A stretch of 64,000 nucleotides of DNA, taken from an uncultured Candidatus Competibacteraceae bacterium. GTDB lineage: Bacteria; Bacteroidota; Bacteroidia; CAIKAF01. Below are positions 37,870-46,664 of this stretch, in pieces. A program made the position numbers and the translations under genes. Position 1 is the stretch's first letter. Each line of letters opens with the position of its first letter. The stretch spans positions 12,019-76,018 of the forward strand of contig CAZRHR010000001.1 of the NCBI GenBank assembly GCA_964599915.1, written 5' to 3'. The notes under the pieces were generated by a model. The model searched no databases. It worked only from the letters and a program-made list of their open reading frames with translations, and had not been told where the DNA came from.

Positions 37870-39111
37870 TCACTCACGGCTATAGTTAAAATCAACTTGG
37901 GGTATTATATAACCACTTCGTTTCCCGTAATAAAAATCCATAAATGATTCATCACATAATTCAAAGTTAAGTATATCCTTTAAATATCCTAAAAGCTCAG
38001 TTGATTCCAAATGAAAGTTTAGTTGGACAGCATAAATTCCTGAATTCAATGTTCCGCCGGGTAATAAAAAAGTACAATTAATTCTACCTGGCGCTTCTGT
38101 GATCATTGGGGACGGGTTCTCAAAAATAACCTCCTCATTATTCCCTCTAACAATAAGATTTATATAAAAACCATTTAAAATAGAGTGCTCGAATTCAACA
38201 TTAAATCTTATTGCGTCTGAAGGATTTAACTGGTTGCCATCACTGGAAATGTGCACCCGATGCACCCATAAGCCTTCGCTTAGACGCCCTTCATCTCCCA
38301 AGATAACATTGATTTTTCTTGGTTCAGTGTCATCCATGTAAGCACGGATTGCACGGCTTGTTTCATCAATAGTTTTGATATTGCCATTTTTTAAAAACAT
38401 TACAGAACTGCATAGCGCTTTAATACTCAGTAAATTGTGACTAACAAAAAGCACCGTTCGACCCTCTGATGCACTTACATCCTTCATCTTTCCCAAACAC
38501 ATCTTCTGAAACTCACCATCCCCAACAGCCAATACCTCATCCACAATCAAAATCTCACTTTCCAAATGGGCCGCTACCGCAAAAGCCAATCGCACATACA
38601 TGCCGCTGCTATAGCGCTTTACCGGCGTGTCAATGTAGCGTTCCACTCCGGCAAAGTCTATGATTTCATCCAGCTTTCTGGTGATCTCATGTTTGCGCAT
38701 CCCCAAAATGGCACCATTTAAATAAATATTTTCCTTTCCGGTAAGCTCCGGGTGAAATCCTGTACCGACTTCAAGCAGGGAAGCGATGCGACCCTTTACT
38801 TTGATGTTTCCGGTCGTAGGGGCCGTTACCTTGGAGAGTATTTTTAATAAAGTGCTTTTCCCTGCGCCATTGCGCCCAATAATACCCAAAACTTCACCTT
38901 GTTCCACATCGAAACTTACATCTTGCAACGCCCAAACATAATCGGAAACTCCTTTTTGGGTGCGGTCATTTGTTTCACCAATTTTTTGAAATGGATCTTC
39001 TTTTCCCCTCATGGTATGCCACCACCGAAGGACATCGTCACGTAAGGTGCCGCTGCCAACGGTGCCAAGTCGGTATTGTTTAGAAATATTTTGGGCTTGG
39101 AGGATTTTCAT
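37870..39111 (-). CDS. wzt: Polysaccharide ABC exporter ATP-binding protein (Wzt/TagH-like) with a ~160-aa C-terminal extension domain
   Basis: Walker A GIIGRNGAGKSTLLKIL, signature YSSGMYVRLAFAVA, Walker B ILIVDEVLAVGD. The extra C-terminal domain is the Wzt-type substrate-recognition region. Confidence 0.9.
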   Translation of the reverse strand: MKILQAQNISKQYRLGTVGSGTLRDDVLRWWHTMRGKEDPFQKIGETNDRTQKGVSDYVWALQDVSFDVEQGEVLGIIGRNGAGKSTLLKILSKVTAPTTGNIKVKGRIASLLEVGTGFHPELTGKENIYLNGAILGMRKHEITRKLDEIIDFAGVERYIDTPVKRYSSGMYVRLAFAVAAHLESEILIVDEVLAVGDGEFQKMCLGKMKDVSASEGRTVLFVSHNLLSIKALCSSVMFLKNGNIKTIDETSRAIRAYMDDTEPRKINVILGDEGRLSEGLWVHRVHISSDGNQLNPSDAIRFNVEFEHSILNGFYINLIVRGNNEEVIFENPSPMITEAPGRINCTFLLPGGTLNSGIYAVQLNFHLESTELLGYLKDILNFELCDESFMDFYYGKRSGYIIPQVDFNYSRE

Positions 39112-39237
39112 GAATAGGATTAAAGATAAGTGTGATTTAAAATATGCGTTTGGCTTAATTTATGTTCAGCGTAGTAAGGAACAGAATTTTTCAGGCACAT
39201 AGTTTATTAAAACAATAAAGATACTTACTATCAATAC

Positions 39238-40083
39238 TTAGACCGTATCCATAAAGGTCTTTTCTGTGCGATTAAAAATCAAAATGCCCACCATCAAAGC
39301 AATCGAAGCGAATACTGTACTATATAACAATCCCATGAGGGGCACCTCGCCTGTACCGCCGGTAAATCCAAGCCTGAATGTTTCAATGACTGGCGCGAGG
39401 GGATTCAAATATAGGAAGGCCTTATACCTTTCAGGGATTTCAGACATTGGATAAATAACCGGGGTAATGTACATAAGCAGAGAAACCCCAAAGCTGATAA
39501 AATAGTTTAGGTCACGGTATTTGGTGGTAAGGGAAGACAAGATAATCCCCAGACCCAATCCGATGCAAGCCATCAAAAGAACCAACAAGGGAAAAAGCAA
39601 TGCGTAAATGTTCATTGAGGCCATACCTTTGTTGGCATAATACACCCAAAAAACCATGAACATGGCCATTTGAAGGAAAAACTTAAATAAACTAGAAATT
39701 ACCACAGAAATCGGGGATACCAACCTGGGAAAATATACCTTTCCGAAAATAGCGGCATTCGACACAAAAGTATTGGCTGTACCGGTAAAGCAGCTTTGGA
39801 AATAACTCCACAGGGTGGTACCTGCAAGGTAAAATAAAGGTCCAGGGATGCCATCCGTGGGAATTTGGGCAATGTGGGAAAATACAAAGGTAAAGGAGAA
39901 CACGGTGAATAAAGGACCAAGAAACAGCCATAAAGGACCGAGGATGGTCTGCTTGTATTGAGCCACAAAATCCCTCCTTACAAACAAGGCAATCAAATCT
40001 CTGTATCGCCAAACTTCTTTTAAATTCACATCGAATAAAGAACGTTTGGGGGAAATTATTTCTGTCCAACTTGTTTGGTTCAT
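39238..40083 (-). CDS. wzm: ABC-2 type polysaccharide exporter permease (Wzm-like)
   Basis: 281 aa, six TM segments, ABC-2 family layout. Sits immediately upstream of wzt. Confidence 0.85.
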   Translation of the reverse strand: MNQTSWTEIISPKRSLFDVNLKEVWRYRDLIALFVRRDFVAQYKQTILGPLWLFLGPLFTVFSFTFVFSHIAQIPTDGIPGPLFYLAGTTLWSYFQSCFTGTANTFVSNAAIFGKVYFPRLVSPISVVISSLFKFFLQMAMFMVFWVYYANKGMASMNIYALLFPLLVLLMACIGLGLGIILSSLTTKYRDLNYFISFGVSLLMYITPVIYPMSEIPERYKAFLYLNPLAPVIETFRLGFTGGTGEVPLMGLLYSTVFASIALMVGILIFNRTEKTFMDTV

Positions 40084-40368
40084 TTTTAAAGGGTCGTATG
40101 GAGTGGTTTTATGAAGATTAAAGTGGCATTGGCTTTGCTTGCTAAGTTTCGTTAAAAATAGAAATTAGGGTATCTTAAAATGATTTAAAATAGAGAAAAA
40201 CTAAACCTGCATATTTAAGCTATGGGGAAGAGGTTTAGCAGATTTCCTACATCACTTATTGATGTTGAAGCTTCTATGGTAAGGCTACAATGAAACCTGC
40301 GTGTCATGGCTTCGCCCTCTCAGTCCCATTCATGAGCCAAGCAAAACAAAGCATCGGGCGCGTTGTTG

Positions 40369-40890
40369 CTACGCTTTCCAAACCAGCAAAGACCCGGCAG
40401 CCAGGAGCTGCGTGAAGTCTTCTTCCGGCTTTATGACGAGAAAACGGATTTTACGGCCGATGGCCGCTTCCGCCTTTTCAACCAAATGCAACAAATAGGC
40501 CTTGTCCACATGCCCAACTAAGGCCAAGTCGATGATTCCTGAGTCTTTCCCCATGGCATAATCACCGGTTAAGTAGGCAGCTTCCAAGTGACCTAATTTT
40601 TGAACTACATCCTCCACAATTTTATCTAAACCCATGTATTTGGCGACCAAACCGGAAATTTCCTTGAACAAAGGATGACTTGTCTGGGCTCGATATTGCA
40701 CCGTGTTCCCCTGAACCTGCGATGCTAAAATCCCTGCGGAGGTCATCCTGTTTAATTCCAGTCGAATGCCATTGGTACTCTCCCCGAATTCTTCAGCGAG
40801 TTCCCGCAGGTATGCCGTAGTGACTGGATTAAGGAAAAACTTAACCAGGAGACGAATTCTCGTTTTGGATGTAATTAACGCCTCAATCAT
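40369..40890 (-). CDS. Winged-helix DNA-binding domain fused to a minimal-nucleotidyltransferase-like domain; putative regulator at the head of the locus
   Basis: N-terminal RIRLLVKFFLNPVTTAYLRELAEEFGESTNGIRLELNRMTSAGIL is ArsR/MarR-like wHTH. The C-terminal TGDYAMGKDSGIIDLALV resembles the GSxxxGxxxxxSDIDL pol-beta nucleotidyltransferase motif. Confidence 0.45.
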   Translation of the reverse strand: MIEALITSKTRIRLLVKFFLNPVTTAYLRELAEEFGESTNGIRLELNRMTSAGILASQVQGNTVQYRAQTSHPLFKEISGLVAKYMGLDKIVEDVVQKLGHLEAAYLTGDYAMGKDSGIIDLALVGHVDKAYLLHLVEKAEAAIGRKIRFLVIKPEEDFTQLLAAGSLLVWKA

Positions 40891-41227
40891 TGAGCAACAA
40901 AATTACTCATTTTTTCATGTATCCAATTAAAACCATCCTTTTTTCTTTAGAACCATGGTTAAATTTTACGGGGTAGGATAAAAATGGATTGGGTCATGCG
41001 CTGTGAAAGCGTGGCACATGTGCTCATTTTACGATGGCAGGTCTTGGACTCGATTTTAATATCAGATGGCTTGAAGTATCAGGTGTCAAGGGTTTGGATT
41101 ATAAAAGTTTCTTATTTCATCTGGCTTTTGAAACGTCGCATGGCTGCACACCTTTTGAAATTAATTCTTCTTTGCTCCCTTTGCCGCTGAAAAAAGTAGG
41201 TGAGGTCGGGATTTTTTTCTCATTTTT

Positions 41228-44200
41228 GTGTGCATAACCTGTATGTCTATGTTCGGTAAAAAACTGGCGGCCGTCTTTTTTATTTTAAGCGTCCATTGCA
41301 TGATGGGATATGGGCAAGTCATTTGGCTTTACTTACCTCACGATGGCGCCATTACGGGAGATCGGGACATGAGTTTTGAATGGCGTAGAAAATCGCCCAC
41401 CGCGACCTACACCTTAGCACTCTCCACGGACAGTCTTTTTTCCAATCCTTTGTTACTTTCCACCAATGTGCCCAAGGCTAACATAGGAAACTTACTCTAT
41501 GGACAAACCTATTGGTGGCGGGTCATCGGCTCCGGCGGGGACACTTCGGTGATCCGAAAATTTGAGGTCATGGATATAAAGGCTGCTGGCCCACTTTCCC
41601 TTTGGCTAAGGGCGGATAGTGCGGTAACGTTGAATGGCAGTGATTTGGTGAGCGGATGGACCGATTTGAGCGATTCCATGCGCTCAGCGTCACAACTTAG
41701 TCCCTTCATCATGCCCAGTTGGGTGAGTACCTCTTTTAACAACCTGCCTGCGGTTCGTTTTGGTAAGAATGGAGGAAGTGGACAACAAACCACCTTGACG
41801 ATACCACCCTTAGCTTTAAACACGCCCATTTGTGTATTTTCCGTCCACCGAGTTTTAAGCAATAACAATCTCGTTCAGTATCTAATGGCAAATACCTTAG
41901 CTGGTATTTTTTTAGGAGGGACAGTTAGTGGCGTAACAAATTCCGGCATTTATAATGATCCTAGTGTATTCGCTGCAACAGGCACAATGTTTCAAAATCT
42001 GAACCTTACCACTTGGCGAAAAAACCAAATACGAAGAAATGGAAGCAATTTATCCACCACCGGGAGCATCGGAAATTTATCTGTGAATACGCTTGGGGGA
42101 AGACCAGAAATAGCCACCCTCTTCTTCCACGGACTTCTTCCAGAACTTTTGGTGTATAAATCTGCCTTACCTGATTCTACGCGCGATAAAGTCGAGCGAT
42201 ATTTGGTATCGAAATATGCACGTCCGGTTCGGCTTCCTGCCGATACACTGGTCTGCGGTCCGTCCCTAAGCCTTACGCTTCCCGGAGGCACAGAGGAATT
42301 TTCGTCCATACTTTGGAGTACTGGGGCCACAGGCACCAGCATTAACATCACCCAAAACGGGACCTATTGGGTTAGAGGAGCCAGCCGGCTGGGTGGATAC
42401 ATCACCACCGACACCATTAGGGTAACAGGCATTCATAGCATTCCCGTTACGTCCATTACAACCCCTCAGCGTTTTATTTGCTATGGAGATACATTAACTA
42501 ACGTTTATTTAAACGCAAATCCTAATCAACCTTGGTATTGGAGCAATGGATTCACTGGAAATACCTTGGTGATAACCCAACCCGGAACTTATCAAGTTTT
42601 TCAACCGCATCCATCTGGATGTATTCTTTCCTCACCTCCATTGCAAGTCATCAATAGGGTAAATGCAGATTTCGTTTTGCCTAATGGCTGTGAAGGCGAT
42701 ACGTTAATGTTCACTGATTTGTCTCAAGACGCCTTGAATGACCCCATCGTATTTTTCAACTGGCAATTTGGCCCGAATGCCATTCCAGATACCACCCATA
42801 GAGATACGGTATTTACGGTTTTTAATCAACCCGGCAGTTATCCAATACAACTCATCGCTTATAATTCTCTAGGTTGCCCGGATACCACTGAAAGAATGTT
42901 GGTGGTTTCACCAAAACCGGCCCCCCAGTTTTCCATTAATAATGAATGCGTAGGCAACCCTGTCACCTTTACAAATCTTACCGCCATTCCTACGGGTACA
43001 TCGCTATCTCAAGTCCGCTGGAATTTAGGCAATGGGGTTGTTTCTAATCAAATAGGCCCTACCACTTCCTACGCACAATCCGGCACATATCCTGTGCAAC
43101 TTCGGGTTAAATTTTCTAATGGCTGCATCGACAGCCTTGAACAAGCCGTCCAAATAAACAAGGATGTTTCGCCTATCTTTTCTCTTCCCAAGGATACTTT
43201 TTGTTTTGGTGAACTCATCTATACTGCGGATCAATCTCTCTACAGCAACACGAACCCAGGAACCATTCAATGGCGCATTAATGGTGCCATTGAGGCTTCC
43301 GGAATAAATTTTTCCAAACCAGCCGCTCCTGTTGGCAACAACGTTTTACGCATGACCTTGCAGTCTTCAAATGGTTGTGTCGCTGAAACTTCTCGCCATT
43401 TTTTTGTACAAGCGCTACCTACCGCACAGATAGCATCCTCCACGCAACTAGCCTTTCCCCCAGCTAACCTTCAGTTTATCAACAACTCATTGGGAGAGTT
43501 TGACCAAGTAAGATGGGTCGACCCGTTTGGCATTACCGTGCTCAATCAAGATACGTGCTTCACCACCCTTTCAGATACAGGTCTCTATCAAGTGTTTCTG
43601 CATGTACAAGACCGATTTGGTTGTATGGATTCGACCTCGCTCCCCATTCGCATCGTTTTACCGCAGATGAATACAAAACTGTTCAATCTGCAATGTACCG
43701 TAAACAACGGATACGTTAGCGCAAATTTTTCCATTAGAAATGAAAGCTTTCAACTTCCCATCCAGGAAATGGAGCTTGCCCTGTTTGTGGACCAAAGTTC
43801 AAGGTTTACAGAGGAATGGAAAGGGCAATTAGCCCCAGGTAGCTTACTTGAATATGTGTACAATGCTCAAGTGGAAACCATTGGAAATCCAAACGTTTGC
43901 TGTGTTCAGATTCAACGCATCCGTTCTGAATATAACCCTGGGCAGTTTTTAGAACAAGCAGGAGGAACCTATTGTGAAGCCATGACCAATGAATTTATGT
44001 TGGTTCGGCCATTTCCCAATCCTACTTCCGGTCCTGTAAGTGTTTTTGTAGTTCTACCTGATTCAGGAGAAGCCACCTGGAGCCTGTCTGCATCATCCGG
44101 AACCACCGCAATGGCAGGAAATTGGTCGGGCCAGGCAGGAGTGCACGAACTTAATTTGGACTTGTCCGCCCTCTCTGTAGGCCTATATTTTTTAGAAGTA

Positions 44201-44248
44201 AGGTTTAAAAACCAAACCGTACATACAAAGATTTTGGTTCATCGCTAA
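41228..44248 (+). CDS. Large secreted PKD-repeat protein with a T9SS type-A C-terminal sorting domain
   Basis: Signal peptide, multiple PKD-like repeats (GSYPIQLIAYNSLGCPDT, GTYPVQLRVKFSNGCIDS), and a C-terminus of GLYFLEVRFKNQTVHTKILVHR. The true start is probably MSMFGKK or MFGKK. Confidence 0.7.
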   Translation: MCITCMSMFGKKLAAVFFILSVHCMMGYGQVIWLYLPHDGAITGDRDMSFEWRRKSPTATYTLALSTDSLFSNPLLLSTNVPKANIGNLLYGQTYWWRVIGSGGDTSVIRKFEVMDIKAAGPLSLWLRADSAVTLNGSDLVSGWTDLSDSMRSASQLSPFIMPSWVSTSFNNLPAVRFGKNGGSGQQTTLTIPPLALNTPICVFSVHRVLSNNNLVQYLMANTLAGIFLGGTVSGVTNSGIYNDPSVFAATGTMFQNLNLTTWRKNQIRRNGSNLSTTGSIGNLSVNTLGGRPEIATLFFHGLLPELLVYKSALPDSTRDKVERYLVSKYARPVRLPADTLVCGPSLSLTLPGGTEEFSSILWSTGATGTSINITQNGTYWVRGASRLGGYITTDTIRVTGIHSIPVTSITTPQRFICYGDTLTNVYLNANPNQPWYWSNGFTGNTLVITQPGTYQVFQPHPSGCILSSPPLQVINRVNADFVLPNGCEGDTLMFTDLSQDALNDPIVFFNWQFGPNAIPDTTHRDTVFTVFNQPGSYPIQLIAYNSLGCPDTTERMLVVSPKPAPQFSINNECVGNPVTFTNLTAIPTGTSLSQVRWNLGNGVVSNQIGPTTSYAQSGTYPVQLRVKFSNGCIDSLEQAVQINKDVSPIFSLPKDTFCFGELIYTADQSLYSNTNPGTIQWRINGAIEASGINFSKPAAPVGNNVLRMTLQSSNGCVAETSRHFFVQALPTAQIASSTQLAFPPANLQFINNSLGEFDQVRWVDPFGITVLNQDTCFTTLSDTGLYQVFLHVQDRFGCMDSTSLPIRIVLPQMNTKLFNLQCTVNNGYVSANFSIRNESFQLPIQEMELALFVDQSSRFTEEWKGQLAPGSLLEYVYNAQVETIGNPNVCCVQIQRIRSEYNPGQFLEQAGGTYCEAMTNEFMLVRPFPNPTSGPVSVFVVLPDSGEATWSLSASSGTTAMAGNWSGQAGVHELNLDLSALSVGLYFLEVRFKNQTVHTKILVHR

Positions 44249-44266
44249 ATTATATAGTTTTGACCC

Positions 44267-44776
44267 ATGATTCAATCTTCGTCCACCGAGGCATGGTATG
44301 TCTTTTATTGCAAGTCTAGAGCCGAAAAAAAACTGTTTGAAACCTTAAAACTCTTCGGACTTTCGCCATTTCTTCCTTTAATTACGGTAAAAAGACAATG
44401 GTCAGACCGGATAAAAAAAGTATCGGTCCCCCTGTTTCCTAATTACATTTTTGTTTTTTGCACGGCCTCACAAGTCCCAAAAATCTTGAGTTTTAATCAC
44501 GTGGTTGCCCCAGTGAGACAAAATGGACAATGGGCTACATTGAAAAGCCATGAAAAAGTTTATATCGAACAAGTCCTCGCCACTGGCTACCATTTTGAAC
44601 TTGTTGAAACCAAAATAGCAGAAGGAGATTTAGTGGAAGTTTCAATTGGGGCATTGAAAGGCATTCAAGGACGGGTACTTCACCATCAAGGGCAAATCCG
44701 TGTGGTTATTGAGGTAGAAGTTTTAAATAAATCCATGGTGGTCACCGTTCCTTCAAGCCAACTACGCAAACTTTAA
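44267..44776 (+). CDS. UpxY/UpdY-family NusG-like transcription antiterminator
   Basis: WYVFYCKSRAEKKLFETLKLFGLSPFLPLITVKRQW...LFPNYIFV is the NGN domain. The C-terminal GDLVEVSIGALKGIQGRV is a KOW motif. It is the first gene of a plus-strand glycan operon. Confidence 0.75.
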   Translation: MIQSSSTEAWYVFYCKSRAEKKLFETLKLFGLSPFLPLITVKRQWSDRIKKVSVPLFPNYIFVFCTASQVPKILSFNHVVAPVRQNGQWATLKSHEKVYIEQVLATGYHFELVETKIAEGDLVEVSIGALKGIQGRVLHHQGQIRVVIEVEVLNKSMVVTVPSSQLRKL

Positions 44777-44825
44777 GGGATTTATACCTTATCTTCACCC
44801 CCGACAATTAAAACCTTTGTTTTTC

Positions 44826-46664
44826 ATGTGCGGAATTGCTGGCACGACCCATCCCACCCAAGCAGCCTCTTTGATTCGGTCCATGACGCAAGCCATGGCC
44901 CATCGTGGACCCGATGCAGAAGGCCACTTTGTCCATCCCGAACGTCCACTCGCTTTAGGTCATCGTCGGCTTTCGATCATAGACTTGTCCGAAGCCGGTT
45001 CCCAACCTTTTTATAGTGCCTGTGGCCAGTATGTGATGGTATTCAATGGAGAAGTTTTCAATTTTCAAGAAATTGCAACGGAACTTTTGAATGAAAAAAG
45101 CCTCACGTTCAGATCCCGCACAGATACCGAAGTTATTTTAGAAGCCTTTGTGCACTGGGGCCCCAACTTTGTCCATAAGCTCAATGGCATGTTCGCCATC
45201 GCTATTTACGACGTTCGCGAAGACAAACTCTTTCTCTGGAGAGATCGACTTGGCATCAAGCCCATTTATTTTTACCACCACGGCCGGCATTTTGCTTTCG
45301 CCTCTGAACTCGGCTCCCTTAAAGCCGCAGTTCCCTTCTCTACCATCAATCAAGCGGCTGTTTCCTTATATTTTCACCTTGGGTACATTCCGGCACCCCA
45401 TACCATTTACTCAGAAGCTAAAAAACTTCCCGCCGGACATTGGCTCACTTACGAAAAAGGGCAAATTCAATCGGGTGCATGGTGGCCCATCGAAGAAGTC
45501 AGCAACCATGCGTACCAAGGCAGCCTGGAAGAAGCCACCGAGGAACTGGACCAACTTCTTACAGACGCCGTAGCCAAACGACTTGTAGCAGACGTTCCCT
45601 TCGGAACGTTTCTCAGTGGTGGCATTGATTCCAGTTTGGTCACCGCTTTGGCGGCCAAACAATACGGCCCGGGCCTAAGAACCTTTTCCATTGCCATGGA
45701 CCAGCAAACCCATGACGAATCATCCTATGCATTGGCCGTAAGCAAGGCGCTCGGAACCAACCATACTTCTTTCAAAGTAACGGCCAATGATGCCATGGAT
45801 TTGGTCACCGCCCTTCCAGACATTTACCAAGAACCTTATGCCGACAGCTCGGCCATGCCCACCTTGCTTGTGTCGCAACTCGCAAGGCAACATGTGACCA
45901 TGGTACTCACCGGAGACGGAGGCGATGAATTGTTCCTTGGTTATGGCGCCTACCGGTGGGCCGAACGATGGAACCAGATGCCTGGATTTTTACGCCAAAC
46001 AGCCGCCTTCGCCCTCTCCATCGGAAAAGAGCGCCATAAAAGAGCCGCCGATTTGTTGCGAGGCCCCAAAAATGTTTCTACCTATTCGCATATTTTTTCC
46101 CAAGAACAATACCTGTTTTCCGACCGCGAATTACCTGCCTTGCTAAACTTTCCGCCACAACTGAACTCCATTTCACCCCTTTTCCCCGAAAGACCACTTT
46201 CCCCCGCCGAACAACAAGCTTTTTTCGATTTGCAATATTACCTGCCCGACGATTTATTGGTCAAAGTGGACCGGGCCACCATGCGACATAGTTTGGAAGC
46301 CCGCGTACCTATCCTCGATTACCGGGTCGCCACCTTTGCCATGAATCTTCCTCCTCATTTCAAAATGCAGGGAGATATTCAAAAGCATATTTTAAAAAAT
46401 GTCCTGTACAGATATTTACCCGCCTCCTTGTTCGACCGACCCAAATGGGGTTTTTCCGTTCCACTCGCCACCTGGCTACAAAAAGAACTTGCACCCCTTG
46501 TGGACCAATGGGTTGCGCAACCCGAGGCCTACGCCCATGGTTGCCTTCAACATGCCACCGCACTGCAATGGCTAAACCGCTTTAAAGCCGGCGAAACCCG
46601 CCTTTACAATAGGATTTGGCTCATCCTTCAGTTTAACCTTTGGTATGCCCGAAACCATGCGTAG
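44826..46664 (+). CDS. asnB: Asparagine synthase (glutamine-hydrolysing), AsnB/WbpS-like
   Basis: MCGIAG N-terminus (the true start, not the upstream MFFM), HRGPDAEGH, and SGGIDSS PP-loop. Confidence 0.9.
   Translation: MCGIAGTTHPTQAASLIRSMTQAMAHRGPDAEGHFVHPERPLALGHRRLSIIDLSEAGSQPFYSACGQYVMVFNGEVFNFQEIATELLNEKSLTFRSRTDTEVILEAFVHWGPNFVHKLNGMFAIAIYDVREDKLFLWRDRLGIKPIYFYHHGRHFAFASELGSLKAAVPFSTINQAAVSLYFHLGYIPAPHTIYSEAKKLPAGHWLTYEKGQIQSGAWWPIEEVSNHAYQGSLEEATEELDQLLTDAVAKRLVADVPFGTFLSGGIDSSLVTALAAKQYGPGLRTFSIAMDQQTHDESSYALAVSKALGTNHTSFKVTANDAMDLVTALPDIYQEPYADSSAMPTLLVSQLARQHVTMVLTGDGGDELFLGYGAYRWAERWNQMPGFLRQTAAFALSIGKERHKRAADLLRGPKNVSTYSHIFSQEQYLFSDRELPALLNFPPQLNSISPLFPERPLSPAEQQAFFDLQYYLPDDLLVKVDRATMRHSLEARVPILDYRVATFAMNLPPHFKMQGDIQKHILKNVLYRYLPASLFDRPKWGFSVPLATWLQKELAPLVDQWVAQPEAYAHGCLQHATALQWLNRFKAGETRLYNRIWLILQFNLWYARNHA

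Noticed and set aside
39266-40069. ORFs 39266..39454, 39692..40069 and 39699..39968 inside wzm
   Set aside because: They are nested alternative-frame ORFs within a well-supported ABC-2 permease gene.
44255-44262. TAGTTTTG as a Bacteroidota -7 promoter box for the UpxY-like gene
   Set aside because: It matches TAnnTTTG but lies only 5 nt before the annotated ATG. Either the start codon is wrong or this is coincidental. I did not annotate it as a promoter feature.
45138-46563. Multiple short ORFs on both strands inside asnB
   Set aside because: They are nested within a full-length, motif-complete asparagine synthase gene and are Pro/Arg-rich in a GC-rich stretch.
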